Source: a virus
Taxonomy: Duplodnaviria; Caudoviricetes
DNA: 59,469 nt
Direction: 5' to 3' (one strand)
IMG/VR virus record: IMGVR_UViG_3300030207_002618
Coordinates: 1-59,469 of that record
Position numbers and translations under genes: made by a program. The notes below the pieces were generated by a model that was not told the DNA's origin, ran no database searches, and worked only from the letters and a program-made list of their open reading frames with translations. The first letter of the stretch is position 1; every line of letters begins with the position of its first letter. This document shows, in pieces, positions 24,992 to 36,200 of the stretch.

Positions 24992-27348
24992 TGTCATTTC
25001 CAGAATACCAAGGCAAAACGGTTGGTTTTGCTAAAGTTATGGCCGAGGTTCCGGTTTCAGATGGCAAGCTAGCATTTGAAATCATGAACTTTAGCCGCAC
25101 CAAAGATGGCTTTTTAGAAAATCGATTTTCATTGATGCCTTTGATTCCAGACCAGTGGAATGTTTCTGGCTTTGATTTCAATAAAGATGAAATAGTTACT
25201 GCACCACCAGAGCTAAAAAATGTTTTAGCTATGCAATACATGCTTTTTGATGGTGAGTGTCCTGAGCTTTTGATTCTTACAAGAGATGGTGTGTTCAGGC
25301 TTTTAACGTCAAATAGAACTGGAAATATTCCTTACGGTTCAATTGAAACAGATACTACGTCATCTCGTGGCCTAGTTGAACAATTTTACTACGACTCTTC
25401 AAACAACAAGGTGTCAGTAAAACCACAGACAAAAGCAATGTTTCCTGCTCAAACAGAGGTTGTTGGAAACAGAATTTATTTTACGTTTTGTGATGGTGGT
25501 GCAGCATATGTATGGGACGGAACTAGGGTTAGAGAGTTCGGATACAACCAAGAGCCGTCAGGTCCATATGTTTTAGGTCCGGCTTCAACAGAAGCTAATG
25601 GTCCAAATACAGGCGGATTTAGCGATGGTGGCCGTATTGGAACACTAAACTACAACCTTACTAGTGCTGATGAAGGCGGAAACGCAGTCACCACTGGTGG
25701 GATTGAAGCTGGTCTTTTTTATTACGCGGTTGTTTATGAGAATGAAGACGGCGCATATTCAATGACATCGCAAAGAAGCAGTCGTGTAAATATTGGTTTT
25801 CATGTTGTTAAACCAGACTCACAGCATGCAAAGCATGGTATTCAGTTTCTTAAACGCAGGTTCTGGGTTTGCGACATTCCTAAAGGGCCCATTGGAACAA
25901 AGGCTCGTGTTTTATTGCGAACCATGAATCTTGCATCTTTGCCGCCTGGAGAGACTGGACATTTAAGATTTTGTCATAGAATCCCAAACAACTCTGCTTC
26001 AGAATATATGGACGATATTCCAGATTCTGAACTTGGATCTCAGTGGGACCACAGGCGTAATGTTCCAAACGGGTTCTTCTTTATGAAGTTCTTTAGTGGT
26101 TCGATGTTTCTTTTGAGGACAGAAAAGTACTCCTCTCGCGTTTGGTGGAGTGAGCAATCGACAACTACTGGTTCTATTCCAGAAAGCTTTTTACATAGCC
26201 ACTGGCGAGACGTCTTCCCCGAAACAGGTCCAATTACGGGTGCATTTTCTGCAAGTATTAATGGAAAACAAGCATTGCTTGTCTTTAAAGAAACCGCATC
26301 ACATTATGTAGCAGGGTCATACGCACAGCCAGGAACCGAAGGTTGGACCTTTGGTACTATCAGCACAATCGCAGGATGCTCAGGTCCAAACCTATGTCAA
26401 TCATCACCAGATGGGCAGGTCATATGGTACGGAAACGGAACATTTTGGATGTTAAATACCGCAGAAAATGGTGGCGTTGTTGACATTGGAGTAAGCCTTC
26501 GGGGAAGACTTTCTAAAATCAACTCAGAGTATGAACAGTTTGGAGTTTCTTGGGTAGACAAACAAACAAAGGAAATGGTTTTTTGCCTTCCATACCGAGA
26601 TTCAACAAAGCCAAATCTTCAGTTTGTTTGGGACTACGTAAGCAAAGGCTGGCGATTGCGTCAAGATATGACGATGAATTGTGTCGAACAAATCAACGAC
26701 ATGACTCTTGTTGGTGGATCTTGGCGAGGAAGAGTCGGACCTTCTGGCGATTTAGTTGAAAGCCCAGTAACATTCAATCCAACAGAAGATACGATTACTG
26801 AAGGGCTGGCTACACTAGAGCCTACAAATAATATTTATGTTTATCGTAGAGGCTACCCTGGGTACCTTCCAGGCTCAGATTTAATATCTACCTACAAAAC
26901 TGGATGGACTGGATTTACTGAGTTCGGGCCACAGTTCCACGCATCACAGCGGGCTGCTGATTGCGTATTTACAATGCAAGAGCGTTCTGCTCGAATTGCT
27001 ACTGTTAAAACATATTCAGATTGGAACTTTGATTCCCCCGTTACAGATGATCTAGAAGTTTCATTAATTCATCCAGAAAACGACAGTATTGATGTGTACG
27101 AAGGAAGCACACCTTATCTTTTAAATGAGGTAGAGAATGCTTCTTCTGGTTCTTTTAGCACCTCTGTATATAGGGAAAATAGAACTTATACTCACAGGCT
27201 TCCAATAGATGTGCCTTCTTGCACCGTATTCAGCATTGAGCTTACGTCTTCCGCAATATCAGAGCCCATGTCTTTAATTAGTATCGACGCTTATGGACCA
27301 CTCACATCAGGTCCAGGTTCAAGAAGCCCTGCACTATACGAGAAATAA
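24991..27348 (+). CDS. Tail nozzle / tubular protein B-like
   Basis: 785 aa beta-rich; RVWWSE, GPITG, LLVFKE, GCSGP motifs; position. Confidence 0.7.
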   Translation: MSFPEYQGKTVGFAKVMAEVPVSDGKLAFEIMNFSRTKDGFLENRFSLMPLIPDQWNVSGFDFNKDEIVTAPPELKNVLAMQYMLFDGECPELLILTRDGVFRLLTSNRTGNIPYGSIETDTTSSRGLVEQFYYDSSNNKVSVKPQTKAMFPAQTEVVGNRIYFTFCDGGAAYVWDGTRVREFGYNQEPSGPYVLGPASTEANGPNTGGFSDGGRIGTLNYNLTSADEGGNAVTTGGIEAGLFYYAVVYENEDGAYSMTSQRSSRVNIGFHVVKPDSQHAKHGIQFLKRRFWVCDIPKGPIGTKARVLLRTMNLASLPPGETGHLRFCHRIPNNSASEYMDDIPDSELGSQWDHRRNVPNGFFFMKFFSGSMFLLRTEKYSSRVWWSEQSTTTGSIPESFLHSHWRDVFPETGPITGAFSASINGKQALLVFKETASHYVAGSYAQPGTEGWTFGTISTIAGCSGPNLCQSSPDGQVIWYGNGTFWMLNTAENGGVVDIGVSLRGRLSKINSEYEQFGVSWVDKQTKEMVFCLPYRDSTKPNLQFVWDYVSKGWRLRQDMTMNCVEQINDMTLVGGSWRGRVGPSGDLVESPVTFNPTEDTITEGLATLEPTNNIYVYRRGYPGYLPGSDLISTYKTGWTGFTEFGPQFHASQRAADCVFTMQERSARIATVKTYSDWNFDSPVTDDLEVSLIHPENDSIDVYEGSTPYLLNEVENASSGSFSTSVYRENRTYTHRLPIDVPSCTVFSIELTSSAISEPMSLISIDAYGPLTSGPGSRSPALYEK

Positions 27349-28239
27349 ATGCCTATTTATAAACCAAAAGGTAACTTTAAAAATGAAGTAATCGACCCTG
27401 ATCGCCTTAGTGATGATTGGGTATCTGCAAGAAATGTTGTTGAAAACGCAACATCATGGCAGTTCTTATCTCAAGAGCAAAGTGGTTTAGATTACTCGAC
27501 ACTTGCAAAGTCTGGCGCAGGCGTAAGCGTACTTCAAAAACAAATACACAGCTATATCGCCGCTGGCCAAAACAATGCTATTGACGGTACTTTTTTAAAA
27601 GGGCCAAACAAAGGCGCGAGGGGTTTTAGGCCCTGGTTGATTCCATACTTAAAAGGGTTTCAGGAAGTGTGGGATGGAGACTTAAATCTTACTTGGACAG
27701 CCACTTCAGAAGAACTTGTTTTAATTGGATACTCATCCTGGGTTTATCGACTTAGTTCGGCTCATGAAAACACAGGCAATGTAATAGGTGGAGATACGAG
27801 CACCGGCGGAGGCATAGGTCTTGATACATTCGACCCCGACGACCCGCCCCCAGGATCAACAACGCACCTTGGTGGAGATTTCTTTGGTGAGGAAATTAGA
27901 ATAAGAATTAAGCTTGGCCTTAAATTAGATGGACGAATTATCGAAGGCTCTGGTCCAGGCACAAACGTTGCTACAAATGCACCTGAAATGCACTATGGCG
28001 CTGGGTCAAGAGAGAAGGGAATTGTCACATCTAGTCAATCAATCCACCTTCTTAATGCTGGAACGCATACTCTAAGCCAAGTTGCTGCACAGGCACCATC
28101 TACAGAAAGAGATCTTTACGAGTACTATAATATTGATGAAATTAAGTACTCAAAAGGAAAAGAAAACACCGGAGTAGGTGTAGTTAACTCTAGACTCTAT
28201 GTAATTAGATTTCCTAGAGGAAAGATGCTTGGAGATTAA
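27349..28239 (+). CDS. Putative tail-associated protein
   Basis: Position in tail operon; beta-rich. Confidence 0.5.
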   Translation: MPIYKPKGNFKNEVIDPDRLSDDWVSARNVVENATSWQFLSQEQSGLDYSTLAKSGAGVSVLQKQIHSYIAAGQNNAIDGTFLKGPNKGARGFRPWLIPYLKGFQEVWDGDLNLTWTATSEELVLIGYSSWVYRLSSAHENTGNVIGGDTSTGGGIGLDTFDPDDPPPGSTTHLGGDFFGEEIRIRIKLGLKLDGRIIEGSGPGTNVATNAPEMHYGAGSREKGIVTSSQSIHLLNAGTHTLSQVAAQAPSTERDLYEYYNIDEIKYSKGKENTGVGVVNSRLYVIRFPRGKMLGD

Positions 28240-28241
28240 AG

Positions 28242-29390
28242 ATGACAGATTATCCAAAGTCTGGTGATAGGGTACTAAAAAGTGACATCGAGAAGCTTCA
28301 AAAAAGCGTATCGGGAGTTGGTAGTTCACTTTACAAAGAAAACATTGCCAGGGGGGCCATTGGTCCTGATGTTTTAAATGACTCGGTTTTATATTGCGCT
28401 AGAAACTTTGGAATAAATGAGCGTGTTAATTACAAAGAAAACTGCAACATTAAATTTCCGGTTAAGTTCCCAGAAACAATTGTTGGGCCGTACTGGGGTG
28501 TTGATGTTGCGCCGTTTGACGACATAACTAGATACCCTCTCGCAGATATTTATCACAGAGAAGAGCGTAGGCGATGGACAGAAATATCGTCACACTCTTC
28601 CAAGAGACTATTAGACGGCACAGATACAAATGTCTCTCATTTGGTTGAAACAGATGATTGGTATGGTGTAGGAGACTATTTTTCTGCTACCGAGAATCCA
28701 GGCGAACACAGGCAATTCTCAGTTGATTTTGGAAAACGTTTAATGAATATTCCAAATAGAGGAAATTCATATTCTTTGTTTTTTCATGCAGACTTAAACA
28801 TCTCAGAATCTTTAGATAACAACCTCAAGTTAGAACCAAAAGAATACAAAAGATGGCTTTGCGGTCATAGGGTTTGGACTGCTGTTATTTATTGTTTGCT
28901 CCCCAATAAAAACTCTAAACGAGTTGTTTGTTGGTCTCCTGGCCACATGATTGGCGCTAGTGCGTGTGAGGTTGCCTCTGGTCAACAGTCAAAGACGGGT
29001 CAGCTTCACTCTGCAAATCTTGCAATAACGCACTCATATACTGACATTATTCGTATTAACAACTCTTTTGTTACAAGGCTTTGCGAAGCTCAGGGTATCG
29101 ATCACGTTGCAAGAAACATGAAGCTTGATGAAACTTCGTACTTTGGTTGGAAAATTGTCGGGGGCGTAGACCGATGGGATGACGTATCTGGTAGTGAAGG
29201 AAGCGGTCTTTCTGGTCTTGTTGGTGATGTTTCTTCAGGAGCAGGCCCAGCAAGTGGTTCTTTGTCTTACAGAGACGGACAGATGGTTGTTGTTAACGGA
29301 GGTTCTGTTAATATTATGGCATTCAAAGACCCGGATGCTCAGGGTCTTCTAGAGAGAACATCAAGCTTACTAACATATCAAAGCGAGTAG
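28242..29390 (+). CDS. Putative tail-associated protein
   Basis: Position; SD GGAG. Confidence 0.5.
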   Translation: MTDYPKSGDRVLKSDIEKLQKSVSGVGSSLYKENIARGAIGPDVLNDSVLYCARNFGINERVNYKENCNIKFPVKFPETIVGPYWGVDVAPFDDITRYPLADIYHREERRRWTEISSHSSKRLLDGTDTNVSHLVETDDWYGVGDYFSATENPGEHRQFSVDFGKRLMNIPNRGNSYSLFFHADLNISESLDNNLKLEPKEYKRWLCGHRVWTAVIYCLLPNKNSKRVVCWSPGHMIGASACEVASGQQSKTGQLHSANLAITHSYTDIIRINNSFVTRLCEAQGIDHVARNMKLDETSYFGWKIVGGVDRWDDVSGSEGSGLSGLVGDVSSGAGPASGSLSYRDGQMVVVNGGSVNIMAFKDPDAQGLLERTSSLLTYQSE

Positions 29391-29394
29391 TTTC

Positions 29395-30339
29395 ATGGCA
29401 TTATTAAACGGAAACTTCTCAGCAGCTTCTGATTCAGTTGACATTGAAGAGATTTATCAGGAGTGCTTATATAATCCAACATCATTTATTAACGATGGCG
29501 GATCAGATTTTAGGCACACATTTGAAGCATTTAACGGTGGTCTAACCGCTGAAAATATTGCTGATTCAGAGCTTTCCCCCGAGACAACTCCTAATGGTCC
29601 ACAAGGACAGTTTACTTCTGAAACTTTTAGGTCTGGGTCTTTTGCTCGTGGTTATTTCTTTGGGTTCAACTTTCCTGATCGATACCACCCCGCTCAGTTC
29701 ACAATGGATAATGGTTGTGTAGACGATGACTTCAACCCAGAAAATCAGTATAGCAGGACACGACTAAGGAAAAGGTTTATGACCCCTTCCTATTCGTTGT
29801 CTGCAAATGTTTTTATACCTTGGGATTGTGTTGTATACGTAACTTATCAAGGATTTTTTGCGTCTAATGGAATCTGCGCCTCCGATGCGACAGACGCTTC
29901 AGGAACATTTAATCGTAAAACGTACATAGGAGATTTTTACGTAAATAGACTTTATATTGATGGTGAGTACCGGTATGGAACAGAGGTCCGCACTCCACCA
30001 TCTAGGCGTAAACAAGATCCAATGACGATTGCCTTTGAAAACAGATTTAGGTGGCATCACAAAGCAGCAGCCGTTCACCTAACAAAAGGCTATCACGACT
30101 TTTCAGTTCTTGTGGGCGCTAACATTATTAGCAATCCAGATAAGTATGAGGGAACCGCAAAGCAGCAGGTGTTTTGTGGGTCTATTTCAATACTATCTAT
30201 TAAGTCTGGTAAACAGGAAGAGGATGACGGAACGTTAGAATGGTATGGACGGGACTACCAAGAACCGCCCCCACCTGCACCACCAAAACCCGGTCAACAA
30301 GATCCTCCGCCACCACCACCACCTGCAATGTCAAACTAA
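29395..30339 (+). CDS. Putative tail-associated protein with polyproline C-terminus
   Basis: Position; ends EPPPPAPPKPGQQDPPPPPPPAMSN. Confidence 0.5.
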   Translation: MALLNGNFSAASDSVDIEEIYQECLYNPTSFINDGGSDFRHTFEAFNGGLTAENIADSELSPETTPNGPQGQFTSETFRSGSFARGYFFGFNFPDRYHPAQFTMDNGCVDDDFNPENQYSRTRLRKRFMTPSYSLSANVFIPWDCVVYVTYQGFFASNGICASDATDASGTFNRKTYIGDFYVNRLYIDGEYRYGTEVRTPPSRRKQDPMTIAFENRFRWHHKAAAVHLTKGYHDFSVLVGANIISNPDKYEGTAKQQVFCGSISILSIKSGKQEEDDGTLEWYGRDYQEPPPPAPPKPGQQDPPPPPPPAMSN

Positions 30340-30352
30340 TTAAGGTATTAAT

Positions 30353-30967
30353 ATGGCTGAAGAAACAACCACAGAAAAGAAAGAAGCAGCAACAGCAGTT
30401 GATGACAAAGGTGTTGCCCAGGCTGCTTCAATTAAAATTGGTACCGATGCCGCCTTAGCATTTACAAAGTTTATGCTTCGTCAGCAGGCAATCAATAGGA
30501 TGAGGCAGCAGCAAATGCGCGATGCTGCCGCCATTTCTAAACCAACGCTTACAGACAAAGATCTAGCTACAATTAATACTTTGTCTGATGCTGCCGTTCG
30601 TGAAGCAAAAGCTGAGATGGGTCGCGGTGGTAGCGGTTTTGATGCAGAAAGATTGCGTGCTGCAAGGGATAAAGCACTAAAGAAAGCAGCTACTTTCTTA
30701 AGCAAGAAGCAAGAGGGAGAGCTTAAGAAAAGAGAGAGTATTGCAAAAGGTATGCGTACTCGAATGGGAACAATTGCTAGTGCCCAAGAAACGCAGCGAA
30801 TGGGTGTTGTCGATGATGTCGGAAAGCTTTTAGCCAACGAGGAGCTTGCAGCGTCCCTTGGAAAGCTTGGAGAAAGACAAAGAAAGAAAGAAGGCCAAGA
30901 AACCGAAAAAGACATTGGTGTATTGGAAGAGATTAAGAAAGATGAAGACGCAGGAACGAGGACGTAA
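30353..30967 (+). CDS. Putative internal virion (ejection) protein
   Basis: Ala/Gln/Lys-rich helical; first of three increasing-size ORFs. Confidence 0.55.
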   Translation: MAEETTTEKKEAATAVDDKGVAQAASIKIGTDAALAFTKFMLRQQAINRMRQQQMRDAAAISKPTLTDKDLATINTLSDAAVREAKAEMGRGGSGFDAERLRAARDKALKKAATFLSKKQEGELKKRESIAKGMRTRMGTIASAQETQRMGVVDDVGKLLANEELAASLGKLGERQRKKEGQETEKDIGVLEEIKKDEDAGTRT

Positions 30968-30969
30968 TA

Positions 30970-33219
30970 ATGGCTGAAATCAAACAAGGTCAACGCTCTA
31001 CACCATACGCAGGAGCGAATGTTCTAGGTGCCTATCGTGCTGGTAGGGGTACTCCTACTGGTACCGGACTACAGCCAGAAGCGGAACAAATGATTCGCTT
31101 GGCTATTGTTGGCCAGCTATCCGACATTCGTCGAGCAGAACTAGATATTGCCCGACAAGGTATTACTAGCTACTCAAACATTGCAGTAGCAAGACTAAAT
31201 GCTCAGGCTGATGTCATTAATGCGGCAAGCAATATGGCACGAAGCCAGCAGATGGATCGCCAAACAACGCTGACATTGCTTACTCAATTAGCTTCTATCG
31301 CTGATTCATACTCGGGTATTGCTGGGCAGGACGTTCCAGATAAAGCTGCAAACCTTATTTCTACCTCGGGTCGAACCTTAACTCAGATGATGTCTGCTAC
31401 ATCAGGAACGGTAACACCTGCTGGTCTTGTAAAGCAAGCGACTGATGGTTCGTTTACAAATCAACAATTAGAAAATGCACTTACGTCTCAACTTGGTGGA
31501 ATTGTTGGACAGTATGTAAACGTTATTGGACCCACACTTGATGGTGAGTTTCGTACTCCTGGTATGGATGTTCGTACAATTGTAGATACAAAAAATCGAG
31601 CAGAACACGAGGCTGTTGCTGGAGTAGGATTAGGGTACGACAATATCTTACGGTCTCTCCCAAACACTGATCTTGGAAACCAGTATAGAAACTATTTAAG
31701 TGACCCTATGGTTAGGGCTAGGGTTGAAGCTGGTGCTCTTGGTATTGGATATGACGCAAATAAAACCCTGAAAGCAAGTGACCAAGAGAAAAGTCAGGCC
31801 AACAATCTAAGGAAAGAAAAACAAAAAGAAATTGAGATTCTTCGGCGGCAGATCGAAAGCTCCGGTGTCTCAATGTCTCCTGGCCTTACAGATAGTTTAA
31901 ACAATCTGTTTCAACAAACAGACGATATTATTGCTTTAGGTCCAGATGGCTTTGCAGAAAAGATGCAGAGCATGGAAACGCCTGTAGAAATGAGCGTAGC
32001 AAAGCAGCGTCTTCAGACATACTTAGATCAAATCGATAATCCAACAGATAAACTGTCAGAGTCTGTTGGCCGATTTCTGGCTGAGATTCCTTACGCAGAA
32101 AACTATATGGCCGCTATGGGTCTAAGCAGCCCCCTGGAAACTGTTCGGTACTTACGAAATAATCCAGAAGAGTTTCGAGAATACTACCGCATTGCAAGCA
32201 GAATCGGTCGAACAGACGATGCAGACCAGTTGCTTAGTCCAGACGCTATTCGTGAAAGATTGCGTGTTGCTGGCTCTTCAAATGCTAAGAGCATGTTCCG
32301 ACGCAAGAACCTTACAAAGCCAGTAGAGCGTCTTGTAGGCTTCGGAATCAACAGGCCAGAAGCTATGAGGTACTTTGCTGGAAGCAACACTTCTGAACAA
32401 CTTGATGCAGCAATTATTGCACTAAGATCTGATCCTGAAAGTTTTGATGATTTTGTTCGGGCGTCTTCGGATGCAGAAGATGGAGAACAAGTAACTAAAG
32501 AAACTGCATCAACAGCCCGAGCTTTTGCACAGTCTGTTCCAGAAGAAAAACGTGAACGGGTTGCCCGCGCTGCTGAACGTTTCCGTCGTCGTATTGGTGC
32601 TGCGCCCGAAGAAGAAAAGACTGGTAGGTTTGTTTTACCAGGGCTTACAACGGAAATGAGAGCAAAAGAAGAGAGGCCCGTATTAGATGCCGAGCCCGCA
32701 ACTCCAGTTCAAACAAAACGCACATCTCCGAATATTAGTGTTGGCGGTGGTCGCGTAAAAAGCAGACAAGAGATTGAAGCAGAAATAGCTGCTGAAAAAC
32801 AGGCTGAAGCCAATGCACGAAAAGAAAAAGTTGAAGCAGAACGAGCAAGATTGAAAGCAGAAGAAGAAGCCAAAAAGGCGCGTGAAGCAGAAGCAGCGGC
32901 AAATAGAGAGACTGTAGACCTTTCAACTGATGCAGCCAGCCAGCTAACTGAATTGGACGATCCTCGCTTAATGGAAAGCGACGTTAGTCCTGATGAGCCA
33001 GCAGCGCCAAGAAAACCAATTCAGATACAGGGTGACAGCGGATCACCGAATGTGACCGAACAGGATAAAGAAACCGCTACTGCTGCTGGAATGACTTCAT
33101 TTTTGAAGGAAAAAGACGGAACATTGGTTGAAGTAATCCCAAATAAGAAACGAGAGACCCCCGCAGACAGATTTAAAAACAGCGGACTTGGCCCAGATAT
33201 TAAGTCTGTTAAAAAGTGA
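30970..33219 (+). CDS. Putative internal virion (ejection) protein
   Basis: 749-aa helical protein between tail genes and giant protein. Confidence 0.55.
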   Translation: MAEIKQGQRSTPYAGANVLGAYRAGRGTPTGTGLQPEAEQMIRLAIVGQLSDIRRAELDIARQGITSYSNIAVARLNAQADVINAASNMARSQQMDRQTTLTLLTQLASIADSYSGIAGQDVPDKAANLISTSGRTLTQMMSATSGTVTPAGLVKQATDGSFTNQQLENALTSQLGGIVGQYVNVIGPTLDGEFRTPGMDVRTIVDTKNRAEHEAVAGVGLGYDNILRSLPNTDLGNQYRNYLSDPMVRARVEAGALGIGYDANKTLKASDQEKSQANNLRKEKQKEIEILRRQIESSGVSMSPGLTDSLNNLFQQTDDIIALGPDGFAEKMQSMETPVEMSVAKQRLQTYLDQIDNPTDKLSESVGRFLAEIPYAENYMAAMGLSSPLETVRYLRNNPEEFREYYRIASRIGRTDDADQLLSPDAIRERLRVAGSSNAKSMFRRKNLTKPVERLVGFGINRPEAMRYFAGSNTSEQLDAAIIALRSDPESFDDFVRASSDAEDGEQVTKETASTARAFAQSVPEEKRERVARAAERFRRRIGAAPEEEKTGRFVLPGLTTEMRAKEERPVLDAEPATPVQTKRTSPNISVGGGRVKSRQEIEAEIAAEKQAEANARKEKVEAERARLKAEEEAKKAREAEAAANRETVDLSTDAASQLTELDDPRLMESDVSPDEPAAPRKPIQIQGDSGSPNVTEQDKETATAAGMTSFLKEKDGTLVEVIPNKKRETPADRFKNSGLGPDIKSVKK

Positions 33220-33228
33220 TAATTACAG

Positions 33229-36200
33229 ATGGCTGAAAAAACACCGATTGCACCGGCTACAGAGGTATCACCTCAAACAGAAGGTTTTTCTTTTGAGCCT
33301 CCATCTGTTGATCCTATTGAAGAAGAGGTAGAAGAAGCCGAACAAAACGATGATGGCTATGCTTGGCTTTGGGATGATGATGAGCCCGAAGATCAAAACG
33401 ATGAGCGGTATGAATATGTACCAAGCAAGCAAGACTTCTCTCGCGCCTGGAGCGATGCAAAAAAAGCCACTGACCCAATTTCTGCAAAGGTTGCATTATC
33501 TCAATCGTTTAGCCCAAGAATGCAGGATGACATCCAGAGTAGAGTTGAAGAAGAAAGCAACATTGTTTCTGTTCAAAGAGAAGAACAACTTCCAAACCTA
33601 CTTAAAGAAGGCTTTGTTGGTGCCGTAGAAGCCGGTTCAGCCGCTGCTGATGTTGTTTCTGAATACACCCCAGAGCCAGTAAAAGAAGGGGCGTCATACG
33701 TCACAGACAAGGTATTGTCTTTTGGAGGAAACTTTGTCCTCCCGACTGTAGAAATGGTCGATGTTCCACGATCTGAAAGCTGGACAAAAACATACAAAAA
33801 TAACGCAAGAGTCCTGCCAGACACGGGAACCTTTTCAGGGGATGCATTAGCAGATGTTTTTTCTAGTTTTGCTTCTGGAATAGACACAGTTTCAAGACTT
33901 CTTAATGAACAAACAGAGTTTGAAAACGAGCAGTCTGAAGAGCAATATAAAGAAGACATAGACATATTAGCTAAATCAATCTACTCAGCATTTGCTGATG
34001 GTAAGCTGTACAAAGCAGCAATAGAGCGAGAGGGCTACTTCGTTGAGCGGCCTGAGCTTTTCGGTCTACTTGAGGGCTCTAACGCAACTGGTGAAGACCT
34101 AATCAATATTGCATTTCCGATTGATGTAATGCAAAGATTGAAGGCAAACTCACCAAAATCAAGACGCGATATTGAACTTGGCGGCCCACCGGGCGGATAC
34201 TCTATCACCGGAACAGCGGCAAACTTTACCGACTCTACGTATTGGATTGATCAACTTTCTAGTCCAGTATCTAGAATGGGTTGGGGTCTTGCAATGGAAG
34301 TTATTGCAGATCCTCTCTGGTTTGTTGGTGCTGCAAAAGGTGCAATTCAAGTCACATACAAAGGTACTGCTTACAATCTCAACCAGGGTGGTGCTCGCGC
34401 TGCACAAATCTTAGACAACTACTCTGGTGCGTCTGGTCGAAGCGGGATGCATGCACAAACGGTTGTAAGTGCTGTCATTGACTCTGCTGACGATGCTGCA
34501 AAGTCCAGAACCGTAATGAGGGAGGCAGCAGACATAGCCGAACAAGAAGCCAGAGCTAATATGGTAAAGGCTGCAAGGCTCTCTAGGCTTGCTGATATGG
34601 CTGATGATCCGTCAACTCTTCAGAGGTCAATGGATGGGCTGAGAAAAGAGCTTGAGAAAGACATAAAAGCTGTACAAAACATAGCCAAAAAATACTCAGG
34701 CGCAGAGTCTACTCCTGCCGTAAAAGCAAAGTACAAAAAAGCACTGCAAAAAGTAGAGGAAATCAAAGCTGATATTGCATCTCTAAATAAATTTAGCGGT
34801 AGACCAGACAAGGCAAAAGAGTCGCTACTTAATATGGCTGAAAAGCGAATAGCTAACGCTGCCGCTCACCGTGGTGCAGCCTCTGAGCTTAGATCTTTTG
34901 TTGAGCTAGCCGAGTCATCAACGCACTTAGGAAAAGCTGGAATCACAGAAGCAAGCTTATTGCCTGTTTTTGGAACTTGGCACATTCCATTTGGAACAAA
35001 GACTGGAACGATTGCAACTTCTAGTCAGCTACAATCCATTGGTTCTAAAATAAACAAGGCACTTGAGGGCCAAGACCAACTTGTAACAGCAATCAGAAAA
35101 GTATCTGAATCTACAGAAAAGTTGAGTATGAACTCAATCAACAAAAAGATTGCTGACAACCTATCTCAGGGCGTTGATACCCTTTCTGGTTTATCGGCGG
35201 GTGAAAAGCTTGCTTGGACAATGGGTCAAGGTTTTTCTAAAGCAAAAACTATATCCTACCGTGGTGCGGATCTTCTTGCTCGAATGGTCGGAACAAGGCA
35301 CTGGCAGGCGCTAACAGCATCTAAAGCTATTCAGGCTGAAATGGCGTACTACGGTTCAAGAGAAGGCATCATGATGGGTATGTCTGGCTCTAAAGAACAC
35401 ATTGTTAGGATGAAAAGATTGCGTCCCGACCTATGGGAAAACTATCAAAACAGTGTCACAAAGTATTTAAGGTCTTTAGACGGTCTTTCTGCTGACGCAA
35501 CTCGACGAATCGACATCCTGTATACAATGGCTGGAGGTTCAGATGGAAAGGGTGGTGCTCTTGCTGAGTGGAAAGCCGCTGTAAGAGAGCGGGATATTCC
35601 AAAGATTCAAGCAAAGCTTTCGTCCATCGATGAAGAGATTAATCGTTTATCAAAACTGCCCACATCTCCAGACGTAGCACAACAATTAAATGCTTTGAAT
35701 AGAGAGCGTGGTCTTACCTTGTCAGACCTGAGCGCAAAAAGAAGAATCCTCGATGATGACTTTGGCGTAAATGAGCTAATGGATGAGGTTGCAGACCTTA
35801 TTGAGACCGGTGCTGGCAAGATCGATGAAACGCCATGGCTAAAAGCTCTTACAAAAGAATGGTCTTCTATTGAGGCTTCGCTTGCAAAAGAACTAAAGAG
35901 GGACATCGAACAGGTTCGACAAGCTTTAGTTGCAATGGTTCGATGGGGTAAGGGCGAAAAGCAAGCAGCAGAAGATCTCGCTCGACGAATCGCTATTATC
36001 AATCAAGTTCTTGAATCAACCAAGCCATTTACTAACCAACAAAAAATGGCAATGGATCAGATTGTTGATGCATTAAATGTTCGTCTTACCAGCAAAAACG
36101 AATTGTTTAATGTTGTTTCAGAGAAGAAGCTGGCAGAGGTAATCTACCGAACCGTTAGTGTTTCTCGCGGAAGACCCTTTGGTGATGAAGTAATCCAAGC

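Noticed and set aside
30300-30360. Readthrough from the polyproline tail into the next gene
   Set aside because: The next ORF is out of frame, further stops intervene and no slippery site is evident.
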